From the IMG/VR virus record IMGVR_UViG_3300045609_000021, positions 1 to 42,369 of that record: a DNA stretch of 42,369 bases; one strand, written 5' to 3'. Below the pieces are notes generated by a model. That model was not told the DNA's origin. It ran no database searches and saw only the letters and a list, made by a program, of their open reading frames with translations. The stretch is from a virus (taxonomy: Duplodnaviria; Caudoviricetes). The position numbers were made by a program, and so were the translations under genes. The first letter of the stretch is position 1; the number at the start of each line of letters is the position of its first letter. Shown here piece after piece: positions 17,401-27,553 of the stretch.

Positions 17401-20400
17401 CGTTATTCCGAATATATTATCGGCAGGAGCCACCGCAGCAGTATATTGTACTGTCGCATCAGCCGTCTTATCATTGTATTTCGTTGTCTGTCTCAGATAC
17501 AATCCGCGCGCAGTCAGTTCCGACAATGCTATTTCTGTCTTGACACCGTCACTATCAGTCGTGAATATCTTACAGGAAATGGCGGTTGAATCGTATTCGT
17601 ATGTTGATGATGTCGAGAATCCAATCACCTGTTTTGGCGTAGTCTCGATATAATACTGTTCGCCGCTTTTCTTGACTATCTTCAATGATAGTTTGCGCTC
17701 GTAACTGTCACCCGCATATAATACCGAGGCGGAAACAGGTATTTCCATTGTCCCGCTCAGTTTGTCATCCATCGTTTCCGATGATTGCGCTATCGTGACA
17801 AGTCCTGTTTTTGCATCCGATGTGATTGTCAGACCATCTATGGTAACACTATTGTTTACTACAAGTTGTGACAATGTGAGCTGTTCGTTACCCTTCCACA
17901 TCCGCAATGTGGTTGTTATAGGGAGTCCGATATACTTACGCTTTGCAGTATCATACACAATGTTATCCATCGGATTGCTCAAATCAGCATTGATGTATGG
18001 AGTGGATTCATGTGTGATAGCAAGGTGATATGTGGTTTGCAACGATAAACCTATTCCTTCGGGGTCAATAAACACGTCAACGGTGGCCTGTGCCATCTTA
18101 CGCATTTCCGTATAGTCGATTGCATCATCTGTAGTTGCGTCACCGTCATGGCAGTTGGTGATGCCTGTCACATAGATATTGCCATCCTTCACCGTCGCTT
18201 TGCAGTTGCTTGTCGTGATGTTGATTCCATATTCCCCTTCTCCTACGGTTGTGCTCGTGTCTCCGTCGGCACCATTATATGTCAATGGAGATCCGTCACG
18301 TTTACGAACGTCAATAGCGGTGTAGAATTTATAAATGCCATTATCCTTGATTCCGCCGATGATGTTACCTTCGCTATCAATTGGTGCCACGTCGTTATCC
18401 CTTGTCAACTTAATTGAATACACTTTAAGTTTGTCCAGAATATCGTCGTAAGTTTCAGGGTTAAGCTGCTGGATGCTGCTCCCGAAGTATATGTTCCCCT
18501 GACAATAAAGGCCGTCACCGTGGAGCGTCTTTTCAGTTGTTCCTCCGGATTCGGTTTTGCATGTTATTTTCAGACCTTCCAGCTCCCCGTAACGGGCTGC
18601 AATATTATAACTGCTTATCTGGTATCCGCTTACATGGCGCATCACCTGGATGAACGACTGGGTCGTGGTATTGGTGAATATCGAGTTCTGACGTGACTTG
18701 TCGTTCAGACTGCCGTATTGGGCGAACTTCATGCACATGCACGGGTGGAAGTTGTTAGTCACTCCGTCATACAGTTTGTATGTGAATATGAACTGGCGTT
18801 TCCCTGTTGTCGCATCAGTTGTATTATCTTCCTTGATTTCAACGACCTGGAAGTACGACGTGAAAAATCCTTTTCTTATGGGGAACCCGCATTCGTCGTA
18901 TTTGTATACGATGTGGCAATCTTTCTCGTCGCTTGTAGTGTTCGAGTACGTGACGGCCTTTCCGTCGGAGTCCGTTTCGTATTCGACGTACTTTGACGAT
19001 CCGTGGGCGTCCCCAATGTCGTTGTATATTCCGCGGCAGATGTCGCCGGCCTTCAGCGTCCCGTATTCGTTTTCGTTGAGTCTCAGTGATGCTGTTCCTG
19101 TGGTCAGCTGCGTCGTACCGTTCATGTCCGGGGTAACGGACTCGAACATTCCGTATGCGTGCGTCTGCCACAGCTCACCCTCTATCACGGCCACGCGGTT
19201 GAATATGAATTCCGGGGCTGACAGGAATTTTGTCAGCGCGATGCTCTGGAAATATGCGTCACCGGCCTTCCCGATTTTGGCACCGAAGAAGTTCATCATG
19301 TCATAGAAGTTCCAGTTGACTTCGATGTCCCCTTTGCTGACGATTCCTTTCAAGAATGTTATCAGTTCCGCGGCGGAGTCTGTCTTCGTCTTGCTCAGGA
19401 AGTCTTTCATTGCGCGTTTCGCGCTGTACACGTTGCTGTCCGTCTCCACTGTGGAGTCGTTGCTTGTGATCACGTATATGGATGTCCCGTTCCCGCTTCC
19501 GCCTCCGCTGTATGTGGCACCGTTGTAAGCTATTTCGTCAAGCGCGCCGTTGACGGTGGACTGGAGTTCCTTCTGATAAGAGTATGACACTTTCTCGCCG
19601 ACGTAAAGCTTGTAGTCGTCATACGGCTTGTCGAGCCTGTATTCGAATCCTACGACGCGGCTCTCCCTGTGCCCTTCGGTTCCGAACAGAAGCGCGTTGA
19701 CAAGTTTTATCTTGTCGCCTACCGAGAAGTCCATTGCGTATACGCTGTTCTGGACTCCTTTGGCGTCCAATCCGTACATATAGTCGTCCTGCATTGTGAC
19801 GGTATATGTGTTCGGGTCGGTTTGCATTTTGGCCATGTACTTCTGCGCCCTTTCCAGAAGTTTCTGTTCGGCAGCCGATACAATGCCGAGCCCGTCTTCC
19901 ATCTTTGACGAGTCCCATCCTATGAGGGAGTACGTGTCTCCGGCCTGGGGGAATATGTTGTCATTGGGAAGTTTTATCCCGTATGTGTCGTTGCGTACGA
20001 TCTCGAACACCTGGCTGTCTTCGTTGACTGCCGTCGTCTTCGTTCCGTCTGCAGCGGTTGTTTCCGTCTTTTCCGCCTTCCCGTCGGGGTTGAACGCAAG
20101 GTTGAATGTCATGCCGGCCATCTTTCCCGTCTTGAACACGGCCTGCAGGGTTTCCCCGGACTTGATGTATGCTGAACTGAACTTGAGCGTCGTGTCCTTG
20201 AAGCGGTATATTGTCACCGTTTCCGTGTCCGTCTGTCCGTCTCCGTCTGCGTCGGTATCCGTTGATACTGTCTCCTGTTTCGATGTGACGCTGGCGATGA
20301 CCCCGTTTGTCTGCGGGTATATGTCGTCGAATATTACTATCCCTTCGACCATCTGGTCGTTAGAAGTTATTCCGTCAAGTTTCAGGCATTCGCTTCCTGC

Positions 20401-21180
20401 GGGGGGCATAAGTCTGCGCTGCACGACTCCGTTCAGCGTCACCTGCGAACTGTCTATGCGATATTTTGCGGGCAGGTTGCGCGTGGATCCGAACGGGTAT
20501 ATGACATTGGTGTATTCCTTGTCCGTCGACGTGGCTTCCATCGTCTGGGCGTTTGTCCCTATTGACACTTCGACGGCTGTCTCCTGTTCCTTGCGCCCGA
20601 AGTATATCATCCATGTCGAGTCGTCGGAGCCTTCCACCCAGCATTCCGTATCGTATGTCTCGGCCATTTTGATGAGCGCGTCCATAACGCCTATGTTGGA
20701 GTACTGGATGTACATCGCGTCGGATACTCCTTCTATGGCTGTGTCTATGACGATTTGCGCCTTGAGCCCCTTGGCTTCCAGGTTGCGCACGGCGATGGCG
20801 GCGTGTTTGGTCAGCGTGTCCGTCAGCGACCAGGTGGCCTCGTTCCTTGCGCTTGCCGGCTCGAACCTGAATATCCAGTTGTTCCATCCCCAGTATGGGG
20901 CGTCGAACTGTATAGAGTATTCGTATCCGCCCGTCTTCGTGTCGTATGTGGGTTTCTGTCCCGCCTTGCAAATCTTGAATGTTCCGAGTCCGTCTATTGT
21001 TACGCTGTCTCCAAGCTCTGCAGGGTATCCCTTTGAAGTATGGAATTCCAGTTTGACATAGTCGCTCTTCTGGAGCTCGAAGTGTCTGATGCTGTCTTTT
21101 TCGGGTACGATTTCGAATGTCGTACCTGAGCGTTTGGATATGGTAAGCGTTGCCGATGTCAGTCCTTTTGCCATTGTCAT
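14479..21180 (-). CDS. 2233-aa tail tip/hub protein fused to a fibre (host-specificity protein) with collagen-like repeats
   Basis: N-terminal hub-type region (YPFGSTRNLP) after the Dit-like gene; SNVYSAKR..KDFLSK...D motif; GxY repeats. Confidence 0.8.
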   Translation of the reverse strand: MTMAKGLTSATLTISKRSGTTFEIVPEKDSIRHFELQKSDYVKLEFHTSKGYPAELGDSVTIDGLGTFKICKAGQKPTYDTKTGGYEYSIQFDAPYWGWNNWIFRFEPASARNEATWSLTDTLTKHAAIAVRNLEAKGLKAQIVIDTAIEGVSDAMYIQYSNIGVMDALIKMAETYDTECWVEGSDDSTWMIYFGRKEQETAVEVSIGTNAQTMEATSTDKEYTNVIYPFGSTRNLPAKYRIDSSQVTLNGVVQRRLMPPAGSECLKLDGITSNDQMVEGIVIFDDIYPQTNGVIASVTSKQETVSTDTDADGDGQTDTETVTIYRFKDTTLKFSSAYIKSGETLQAVFKTGKMAGMTFNLAFNPDGKAEKTETTAADGTKTTAVNEDSQVFEIVRNDTYGIKLPNDNIFPQAGDTYSLIGWDSSKMEDGLGIVSAAEQKLLERAQKYMAKMQTDPNTYTVTMQDDYMYGLDAKGVQNSVYAMDFSVGDKIKLVNALLFGTEGHRESRVVGFEYRLDKPYDDYKLYVGEKVSYSYQKELQSTVNGALDEIAYNGATYSGGGSGNGTSIYVITSNDSTVETDSNVYSAKRAMKDFLSKTKTDSAAELITFLKGIVSKGDIEVNWNFYDMMNFFGAKIGKAGDAYFQSIALTKFLSAPEFIFNRVAVIEGELWQTHAYGMFESVTPDMNGTTQLTTGTASLRLNENEYGTLKAGDICRGIYNDIGDAHGSSKYVEYETDSDGKAVTYSNTTSDEKDCHIVYKYDECGFPIRKGFFTSYFQVVEIKEDNTTDATTGKRQFIFTYKLYDGVTNNFHPCMCMKFAQYGSLNDKSRQNSIFTNTTTQSFIQVMRHVSGYQISSYNIAARYGELEGLKITCKTESGGTTEKTLHGDGLYCQGNIYFGSSIQQLNPETYDDILDKLKVYSIKLTRDNDVAPIDSEGNIIGGIKDNGIYKFYTAIDVRKRDGSPLTYNGADGDTSTTVGEGEYGINITTSNCKATVKDGNIYVTGITNCHDGDATTDDAIDYTEMRKMAQATVDVFIDPEGIGLSLQTTYHLAITHESTPYINADLSNPMDNIVYDTAKRKYIGLPITTTLRMWKGNEQLTLSQLVVNNSVTIDGLTITSDAKTGLVTIAQSSETMDDKLSGTMEIPVSASVLYAGDSYERKLSLKIVKKSGEQYYIETTPKQVIGFSTSSTYEYDSTAISCKIFTTDSDGVKTEIALSELTARGLYLRQTTKYNDKTADATVQYTAAVAPADNIFGITFELCNYDGTTVGTVIDYDSVPILRGGIRGKDGDGFKYIYILSETAPTALEGAYDGTSTTFSDGWVDDQPSVENEDGKRTCWMSYSYRKDGVWSNWSSPRRVSHYGENQFIYIRYASALTSSGVPTTMSETPDVYIGICVTSLSTAPVGTGSYTWSKFQGDPGKDGTAIGGTSSYLHIAWANSSDGKTDFVVEKAANTSYRYMGTYVSTDKADPTDYTLYTWNEVKGDTGDKGDKGDQGDKGNQGDPGAAGADAITIYCLSATECTVAVDVNGKACEDGSAYFSFGMKKGDTADLITALTIDGSPQENTTYYQYTWKRGDTVSAKSILVKANDGNGVSRTMYIYIKTVKVDPVYLDGKSIYDNTVAHYVNNWSQDPSNAKNTAIKYGKQSEAYDHIAYATSSDGSTGFTTGDGSACSYVGKCTDSSPYDPTTYSSYTWTAKNGETDTSAIGTYRKWREYEMGLNIPSGVLLDVEVTAWVAASRRVIVYDQQIDYADMSNTDSYAKTMTSHQVVKTTGTSTYIYAIVAELKSLTNINDSVTHIVSIHIRQFNTTSETPTFQAQGTLQGIYHAEVGAKTSIYAYGWHLTSPDKGQMRRFTSIKLAQEYCNFDADQLTDAEGGKWVDFLGIKGGGTATGYAYYQCRGYHVSSNSYSTYDTFSGTTEEGKWMEVSQQAVGVFGFLIAKNAIIDFLYSQCIRVGEGENVLGGLSAPDDNGYMLWAGAAAGKDAPFSVDKNGKMKSTNAEIKGTITADSGAIGGFDIGSGRIGTDTTYKDDISSLAENQMFLYNYMIGFNAKNRQSILGCWDNYGIPILLRLIDNAASSLTKYGIVVSVTNSTTGNIAMQINGGCVAGMALKTEEISTTKTIDFTSGSVVTLNTSDIVITLPDMKPWNDGHEIKIKRMGSGGVTIKSGISYGSDGTTSRGLTYMACNGTDQVTTLGISSIYDAMTFVYHHNVQTSSNKGCWVQYKHPRDW
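16645..16725 (-). repeat. Collagen-like (G-X-Y)9 repeat
   Basis: GDTGDKGDKGDQGDKGNQGDPGAAGAD. Confidence 0.85.
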
Positions 21181-21593
21181 GCCTCCGTTCTAAGACCGGG
21201 GTTCGGTTCCGTCAGCTTTATGCTCAGTTTGGCGACACCGAATCTGTATTGTGTGTATTGTGTCATGTCTTCGTATTTCATGTGGTAGTATTCCCCGATG
21301 TCGGGTACGTGTATCAGAAGGTTCCCTGTCGCGCACGCGTCGCGGAATTCTTTGTATCTGATGAGGAACTGCGATGCGCTTGATGCCTTCATGCTCACCT
21401 GGAGCGTCAGCTGGCGCGAGTCCCATTTCGGAGCCGATTCGGTAACGACCCTTTTGCCGTTTTCCAGCCTGCTTTCGCTGGAGACCATGCTCTTGAGAGC
21501 CGGGTATGACATGAGCGTCGATATCGCCTTCTCGTCGAATACGATCCCGTATGTAGCGAATGCGTCGTTTCCGTTTATGTTGACTTTTGTCAT
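21177..21593 (-). CDS. Distal tail (Dit-like) protein
   Basis: Position after the tape measure gene; INGNDAFATYG...KLTEPNP pattern. Confidence 0.65.
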   Translation of the reverse strand: MTKVNINGNDAFATYGIVFDEKAISTLMSYPALKSMVSSESRLENGKRVVTESAPKWDSRQLTLQVSMKASSASQFLIRYKEFRDACATGNLLIHVPDIGEYYHMKYEDMTQYTQYRFGVAKLSIKLTEPNPGLRTEA

Positions 21594-21605
21594 TTTAATC
21601 TTCTC

Positions 21606-24600
21606 CTATAGTTTGTCGGTTCCGTTCTGTATCTTCTTCAGTATCCTGTTTGTGTCGTACAGTTGGAAAGTGTTCTTCTCGATGTTCGTCAGGTGCTCGC
21701 ACGCCTGCTGCTGCAGGTCCAGAAGGTCGGACATGATTCCGCTGATTGCGGCGACGTTTGCCGCGGTACCGTCGGTTTCCTCGTATCTTTTCTGAATCGT
21801 TTCGGATATGACTTCCAGCGCGTTCTGTACGGCGGTGAACCGTCCGTTCAGTTCTTCTCCGGTATCTTCGGACATGGAAGTGTATGCTCCCGAAGACGAT
21901 TCCTGCGAGTAGGTGTCGCTCCAGTCCATTGTCTCTTTAAGCGCGTCTCTTTGTGCCGTTGCCTCGTTTACTATGTCATTCCAAGAATTTTTTAGTGCAT
22001 CCTGCTCATCTTTTGTCAGTTTTCCGTCTTCCATGTCGGAACTGAAGTTCTGATACCATTCTTTCAACTTTTTTTCGTAGACGGAGCTCATCATACTTTC
22101 GATGATAGCGTCCTTCATCATGTCTTCGAAGTTATCGGCAAAGTCTTTTGTACTTGAAGTCATGTTTAGAAGCGTATCCTTAAATTCGTCTCTTATGTTG
22201 TCGAATGATACGTCTGTAAGTTTTTCGTTGTAGGCATTCTGCAAGTCTTCTAGTTGCTTGTAGTATGCAATATAATCGTCCATATATTTGGCTGCGTCTT
22301 TATATCCATCGTCGGCTAAATTTTTAATTTTTGAATACAAATCTGTTGCATGCTTTTCCACATTCGCCATCTGTTCACTTGTAAGATTCCAGAAGTCGCT
22401 AGCCGAATTTACGGATACGCCGGCAGCATCGCTGACACGTTTCCAATCGTCACCGCTCATTCCCTTATTTATTTTGCTGTCGGATGATTTGTGTCCACCT
22501 ATTCCTAGTCCCCATTTACCATTCGAATATGCTGCTCCTGAACGGGACATCATCTCCTGTGTGTTAGCCATTTGTTGTTTTATGTCGTCTACTTGCTGAC
22601 TATATACGGACGATGCGTCTGCAGTAGAAGATTTTTCCAAATCATCCGAAAGACTTTCTATAGCATTCTGCAGATCCTTATTGCTTTGCGTTAGGTATTC
22701 GATGTCTGTTTCCAGCGTTTTGTCGCTGTCACCTCCTATGCCTAGCATGTCACCAACATTGCCTAATGCGGACAATCCCTTCATGGCAGCGCCCACATAA
22801 TTCCCGCTGGCATAATCGGACATGGCTCCGGCAGCATCGTTAGCAGCATTGAGTCCACTGTTGACCGCTTTTCCAACGCCTGTACCTCCGAGTCCGAGTT
22901 CGTCAATGAGTCCTGGAAGGTCTGCTAGTTTTCCAGTGAATGACGACAAAGATTCTCCTGCTGCTCCTATTTTTTGTGAAAACGACATGGACGCATTCGC
23001 TTCTTCCTGTTTCGCCTTCTGCAATTCGGTGCCGGCTGATGTCTGTTTCTGGTTAGCTTCCGTCGCCTTTATTTCCGATTTTTCCAACTTATCAAAAGCA
23101 GTATTTAATTTGCTCGTTGATTTCGTGTCTAGTCCGGAAGTGTATTTCGATCTGTCTGACGATTTTATTCCTTTGGCTGATGCGTTTATTCCTAAGGTTG
23201 CAAGTATTGATGATATGGTTTGCTGATTAATGGACAGGTCTTCCTTTGCAATTGCATTTTGCGCGTCTGCATTATCATAGTTGCTTTGTGCCCTCTGAGT
23301 TTCTTTTGCGGCATTTGAGTATCTTTCCTGCGTCGGTGAATAGAACCAGTCTGTTTGTTTACCGATTTGCTCATTAATTTGTTGGATTTTCTCGGCTATT
23401 TCCTTTGCGTCGGTTATAGCCATATTTTTATGGGTATCTAGGAAATCGGACAGCTGCTGTCCCATACGTTTGAGGGCCTGTATACTCAGCGTGTTAAGAT
23501 CGGCAAATATATCATTCCAGTTGATGGCATTTTTCATGTCGTCTACTGCCTTTTGTTGTGCTGTCTCGTCCACTTTTTTAAGTTCGTCGTCTCTCTGTTT
23601 TGTTAGGGTATATTTCTCTCCTTCGGATTGTGCTTTTTTGATTTTATCGGAGTATTGCTCTGCAATTGCCAGTTTTTGCTGCTGATATGTGCCGTATTGT
23701 TTTAGGTATTCACGCATGGACTGGACGTCTTCTAATGTTATTTCATCGGTTTGCTTGTTTCTTTTCGCCTCGTTCAGATTGCTGGCTTTGTCTATTTCGG
23801 CCTGCTGTTTCGTTGTGAGGCCGTTTTTGTTCACCGCCTTGATACCTGCCTGTGCGTTGGTTTTGGCGAGCTCGTGCGCTTTCTTTTCGATTTCCGCTTT
23901 CTGCTTGTCGTAGTCTGCATTAATCTGCGCCATCTTCTTGGATGTTCCCTCCTGCATGATTTCGATGCTGCGCTGCTCGTTCTGATTTTCCAGCTCTGTT
24001 TCCTCTTCGCCTAGCTTCTTCTTTGCCTCTACGCGCTTCTCTTCTATTTTACGCTCCTTCTCTGCTGCTGTTTCTGCGCGTGTGGCTGCTGTCTTTGCGC
24101 TCTTGGCTGCCGCTGCATCCTCGATTCCGCCGAACTTTTCATTGTATGTCTTTTTGGTTGCGTCCATCTTGGCCTTGGCTGACTGGACTTGGCTCACAGT
24201 TGCGGTTGCACTCTTTGAAAGCCTTTTGTAATTGGCGATGGCTTCGTTCATCTCCGCCCTGGCCTTTGCCTTTTCCTTGAGATAGCTTGAATTACTATTA
24301 TCGCCAGTTTTCACCTTTCCGCTTTTGCCTGATGGTGTCTGATATTCTTTCCATGCAGAATTGTATGCATCCATTGCAGCCTTACTCATCTTATAGCGTC
24401 TTGTAACTTCATCGTATGCCTGATACCATCCCGCATCTTTTGTGAATTTTGTGTTCTTGAGTTCTTCATTGAAAACGTTCATTTCTTGTTGGGCTCCTTT
24501 AAAGTCACTAGCTGCTTTTATGCTTTTTAATCGGATGTTTTCTTTTAACGCGTCATTTTGTGCATTTATGGCATTTGCAACACTATAAGTTTTAGAATTC

Positions 24601-26798
24601 TCTATTGTTAGATTTTTAAAATAAGAAGGCATTTCCGCTTTCAATCTGGCGATAGCTCTTTTCCTGTCTTCGGTTGATTTTGATGCATCTTTGGCTATCG
24701 GGAGATATTTTGATATCTCGTCATTATTTTCCTTGCATGTATCTTTCATGCTGTTGATTTCTTCAGTGGCTTCTTTTGTGGCTTCCTTTACATAATTCTC
24801 AGAATTATAAAGATTATACAACGCGACGCATAAACTCATTATTGCTACTGCTGCTAGTACATACGGATTCGTCAGCATCGCTTTATTTAGTGCTTTTTGT
24901 GCCATTGTTGCCAGTCCCTGGATGCGAATTAATTTAATGAGGGCAGCGACTCTTGTACTTTCTGCCAACGTATTAACCAGTATTGCTGTTCTATATGTAC
25001 CATATATCATTATGAGTTGTGCGATAGTCCTTCCTATCGTCTCGTAGTTAGTGACGAGCGATTCAACGAATTTAGTTGCTTCTTTTATACCATCTGCATG
25101 TTCTTCCCCGATTGAGTTCATCGTTTCCTCAATCATCGTCTTGAGTCTACCCTGTTCTCCTGCGATAGTGGTGCTGATGTTGGCCATGCTGTTGTTGAAT
25201 TTGCCGCCTTCGCTTGTTGCGGCAACGAGAGCCTCTTTCACTTTTTCGGTTGTGATGTTGCCTGCTGTCATTTCGGTACGCACCTGTGCCATCGTCTTGC
25301 CTGTCTGCTGCGCTATGATGTCGAGCGGATTAAATCCCGCCCTGGCGAGTGTGCGGAGTGTCAGGCTGGACAGCTGGCCTTCCGATTCGAGGCGTCCGAA
25401 CGCCATTGCCAGGCTCTGCAGTTTCTGCCCGTTGCCCATGGCCACGTCGCCGAACTGTTTCAGCATCGGCATCGTCTGCTCAACGCTGATTCCGTACACG
25501 TTCATCGTCTCGGCTGCCTGTGCAAGTCCCTTTACGTCATATACTCCCGAACTGAGCGCCATTTCCTTGATTCCTGAGAACAATTCTCCGCCTTTGCTTT
25601 CGCCCATGAGGCCTTTGAACTGCACTTCCATGAGTTCCATTTCCTTGCGCGTGTTGATTACTTCCTCGGCGAAGTTCTTTATCCCTTCCACGGTGAGATA
25701 TCCGGCTGTAAGCGTACCTATCGTTTTCATGGTGCTGGCGATCTGCTCATGTATTCCTGGCACCTTCTCGGCTTCCTGCTTGTACGCTTCGGCTTTGTGC
25801 TTCGCGTCGTCCCATCCGTCTATTTTCACTTTTAGCTGTGATGCTGTGGCATTGTATTGTTCCGCGTCGGCGTTGAGTCTGCTCTGCGTGCTTTGCACCT
25901 GTTGCAGTTTCTGCTGGTATTCGTCCAGAGAACGCATGGCGCTTCTGAGAGCGGCGCTTTCCGAGTCGTATCCGGTCATCGTTGCGCCGTTATCCTGCAG
26001 ACGGCTTATTTTGCTCTGGAGCCTGTCAATCTGCGCCGAGTATTCCTCTATCTTCTTGGCGGCCCCGAAGCTCTCCTGTGCCTTGTTTATGTCGTCAATG
26101 TCGGTTTTTGTCTGTTTTAGTTCTTCTTTAAGCTGTTTAAGCGATTCGCTTTCCTCGTCTGCGGCCTGTGCGGCTGTCCCTGATGCCGCGCCCGATATGT
26201 TCGTCGCCTGGGCCGCTTCCATTTCGGCTGCGGCTTTACCTGTCAGCTGCGCAGATGTCTGTGCGACGGCTGCGCTTTCGGCTTCACCGGCTACGGAGTT
26301 CTGTCCGCCGGATGCGTTCATGGCCGCTCCTGCCTGTGACGCGCTTTCGGTAAGTGTTGCGTACGACTGTTCCAGTTCCTGGAGCTTCCCTTTCAGGCCG
26401 TCGCTTTCCTGCGCGAGCTGCTGCGAGTTCGCGTTGGTCGCCTCTATTGTGTCGGACGTGGCTTTTATCTTTGATGAGAGTTCGTTGAACACGTCGCTTC
26501 CCTTGGTTGAGTTGTCGAGCTGCATCTGCATGCCTCCCAGTGACTTGCTCATCTTCTCGACCTCGTCGTTGTTGGCCTTTATGATGGCAATGTTGGACGA
26601 CAGCGCTTCCTTCGTGCGTTCAATCTGCTGTTCCAGTGCAGTGATGTCTATCTGCTTGAACTGCGCGTCTATTTTCCTTCCGGCTTCCTCCGCGGAGTCG
26701 GATATGCTGGTTATTATCCTTGTCGCCCTGTCTGCGTCTGCCTGCAGGCTGGAGTCGTCTATTCCAAGTATGAAGTTTTCTTTACCGTCTGTGCTCAT
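21606..26798 (-). CDS. Tail tape measure protein
   Basis: 1730 aa, Ala/Gln/Lys-rich coiled coil, tape-measure domain (FGDVAMG...LAMAFG...AGFNPL), follows the chaperone genes. Confidence 0.92.
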   Translation of the reverse strand: MSTDGKENFILGIDDSSLQADADRATRIITSISDSAEEAGRKIDAQFKQIDITALEQQIERTKEALSSNIAIIKANNDEVEKMSKSLGGMQMQLDNSTKGSDVFNELSSKIKATSDTIEATNANSQQLAQESDGLKGKLQELEQSYATLTESASQAGAAMNASGGQNSVAGEAESAAVAQTSAQLTGKAAAEMEAAQATNISGAASGTAAQAADEESESLKQLKEELKQTKTDIDDINKAQESFGAAKKIEEYSAQIDRLQSKISRLQDNGATMTGYDSESAALRSAMRSLDEYQQKLQQVQSTQSRLNADAEQYNATASQLKVKIDGWDDAKHKAEAYKQEAEKVPGIHEQIASTMKTIGTLTAGYLTVEGIKNFAEEVINTRKEMELMEVQFKGLMGESKGGELFSGIKEMALSSGVYDVKGLAQAAETMNVYGISVEQTMPMLKQFGDVAMGNGQKLQSLAMAFGRLESEGQLSSLTLRTLARAGFNPLDIIAQQTGKTMAQVRTEMTAGNITTEKVKEALVAATSEGGKFNNSMANISTTIAGEQGRLKTMIEETMNSIGEEHADGIKEATKFVESLVTNYETIGRTIAQLIMIYGTYRTAILVNTLAESTRVAALIKLIRIQGLATMAQKALNKAMLTNPYVLAAVAIMSLCVALYNLYNSENYVKEATKEATEEINSMKDTCKENNDEISKYLPIAKDASKSTEDRKRAIARLKAEMPSYFKNLTIENSKTYSVANAINAQNDALKENIRLKSIKAASDFKGAQQEMNVFNEELKNTKFTKDAGWYQAYDEVTRRYKMSKAAMDAYNSAWKEYQTPSGKSGKVKTGDNSNSSYLKEKAKARAEMNEAIANYKRLSKSATATVSQVQSAKAKMDATKKTYNEKFGGIEDAAAAKSAKTAATRAETAAEKERKIEEKRVEAKKKLGEEETELENQNEQRSIEIMQEGTSKKMAQINADYDKQKAEIEKKAHELAKTNAQAGIKAVNKNGLTTKQQAEIDKASNLNEAKRNKQTDEITLEDVQSMREYLKQYGTYQQQKLAIAEQYSDKIKKAQSEGEKYTLTKQRDDELKKVDETAQQKAVDDMKNAINWNDIFADLNTLSIQALKRMGQQLSDFLDTHKNMAITDAKEIAEKIQQINEQIGKQTDWFYSPTQERYSNAAKETQRAQSNYDNADAQNAIAKEDLSINQQTISSILATLGINASAKGIKSSDRSKYTSGLDTKSTSKLNTAFDKLEKSEIKATEANQKQTSAGTELQKAKQEEANASMSFSQKIGAAGESLSSFTGKLADLPGLIDELGLGGTGVGKAVNSGLNAANDAAGAMSDYASGNYVGAAMKGLSALGNVGDMLGIGGDSDKTLETDIEYLTQSNKDLQNAIESLSDDLEKSSTADASSVYSQQVDDIKQQMANTQEMMSRSGAAYSNGKWGLGIGGHKSSDSKINKGMSGDDWKRVSDAAGVSVNSASDFWNLTSEQMANVEKHATDLYSKIKNLADDGYKDAAKYMDDYIAYYKQLEDLQNAYNEKLTDVSFDNIRDEFKDTLLNMTSSTKDFADNFEDMMKDAIIESMMSSVYEKKLKEWYQNFSSDMEDGKLTKDEQDALKNSWNDIVNEATAQRDALKETMDWSDTYSQESSSGAYTSMSEDTGEELNGRFTAVQNALEVISETIQKRYEETDGTAANVAAISGIMSDLLDLQQQACEHLTNIEKNTFQLYDTNRILKKIQNGTDKL

Positions 26799-27082
26799 TA
26801 CAAGTCCCTTACTTTATTGTCGTTCTTGTCAGTGAAGTTGTTCGGGTCGTTGGCATCCAGTTTCGGGTTCCATCCCGCCGATTCGTCCACGTCGTCGTAT
26901 TGCGGGGCGGAAGCCCCGTACATCATGAGGTTCATGTAGCTGTAGTCGTACAGGACCTCTTCGGGTGTTATTCCGAGGTTCTGGCTGAACCCGTAGACGA
27001 GTCCCCATGGGCTGTCGGATCCACCTCCCTTGTGCTTTTTGTCATCCTTATTTCGCTTAGGGAAGTGGTAAGCGCAAAAAAA
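26798..27082 (-). CDS. Tail assembly chaperone, frameshifted (gpGT-like) C-terminal part
   Basis: The -1 frame is open from the slippery T-TTT-TTT (27076-27082) to the stop abutting the tape measure start. Confidence 0.7.
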   Translation of the reverse strand, partial: FFCAYHFPKRNKDDKKHKGGGSDSPWGLVYGFSQNLGITPEEVLYDYSYMNLMMYGASAPQYDDVDESAGWNPKLDANDPNNFTDKNDNKVRDL

Positions 27083-27528
27083 TCTCCGACCTGCATGTCT
27101 ATGAGGCGTTTCCCGATGAGTTCGGACAGCTCCTTCGGGGGCACTTCGTCGAGTATGGTTTCCGACAGGCACTGGAGTTCCGTCGTTTCCTTCTGCGTCT
27201 GATCGGTGAAGGAAAGTCTGCGCCAGTTCCATTTCCTTTTGGCTGGTATCCGGACGCGCACCATCCGGCGTTCCCTGATCCGCTTGGCTCCGAGTATGAG
27301 TGTCGCAGCTATTTCGCCTATTACCTTGGAGTCCTTGGCGGTGCGGAGAACCTCGGACAGCACTCCCGCGTCCCTGTCCGTCTTCGGGAGCTCCTGCACG
27401 AGCGAAGATACCGATATGAGGGTCGCTATGGATGGAGGCGCCACCTCGTACGTCTGCCCGTTGATTGTCAGTTTCCCCGACGGTTCCTGGAGGATTGCGC
27501 CGGCTACGCGTTTTTCGATTGTTTCCAT
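26968..27528 (-). CDS. Tail assembly chaperone (gpG-like)
   Basis: Between major tail and tape measure genes; contains the GDFF slippery site. Confidence 0.75.
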   Translation of the reverse strand: METIEKRVAGAILQEPSGKLTINGQTYEVAPPSIATLISVSSLVQELPKTDRDAGVLSEVLRTAKDSKVIGEIAATLILGAKRIRERRMVRVRIPAKRKWNWRRLSFTDQTQKETTELQCLSETILDEVPPKELSELIGKRLIDMQVGDFFALTTSLSEIRMTKSTREVDPTAHGDSSTGSARTSE

Positions 27529-27553
27529 TATTGTGTTCGTGTTATAATAAAAG

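Noticed and set aside
19796-21061. 421-aa plus-strand ORF, and similar antisense ORFs over capsid, portal and terminase
   Set aside because: Shadow frames of GC-rich genes on the opposite strand
25051-26835. 594-aa plus-strand ORF
   Set aside because: Ser/Ala/Leu/Cys-rich antisense shadow of the tape measure gene, with no recognisable motifs
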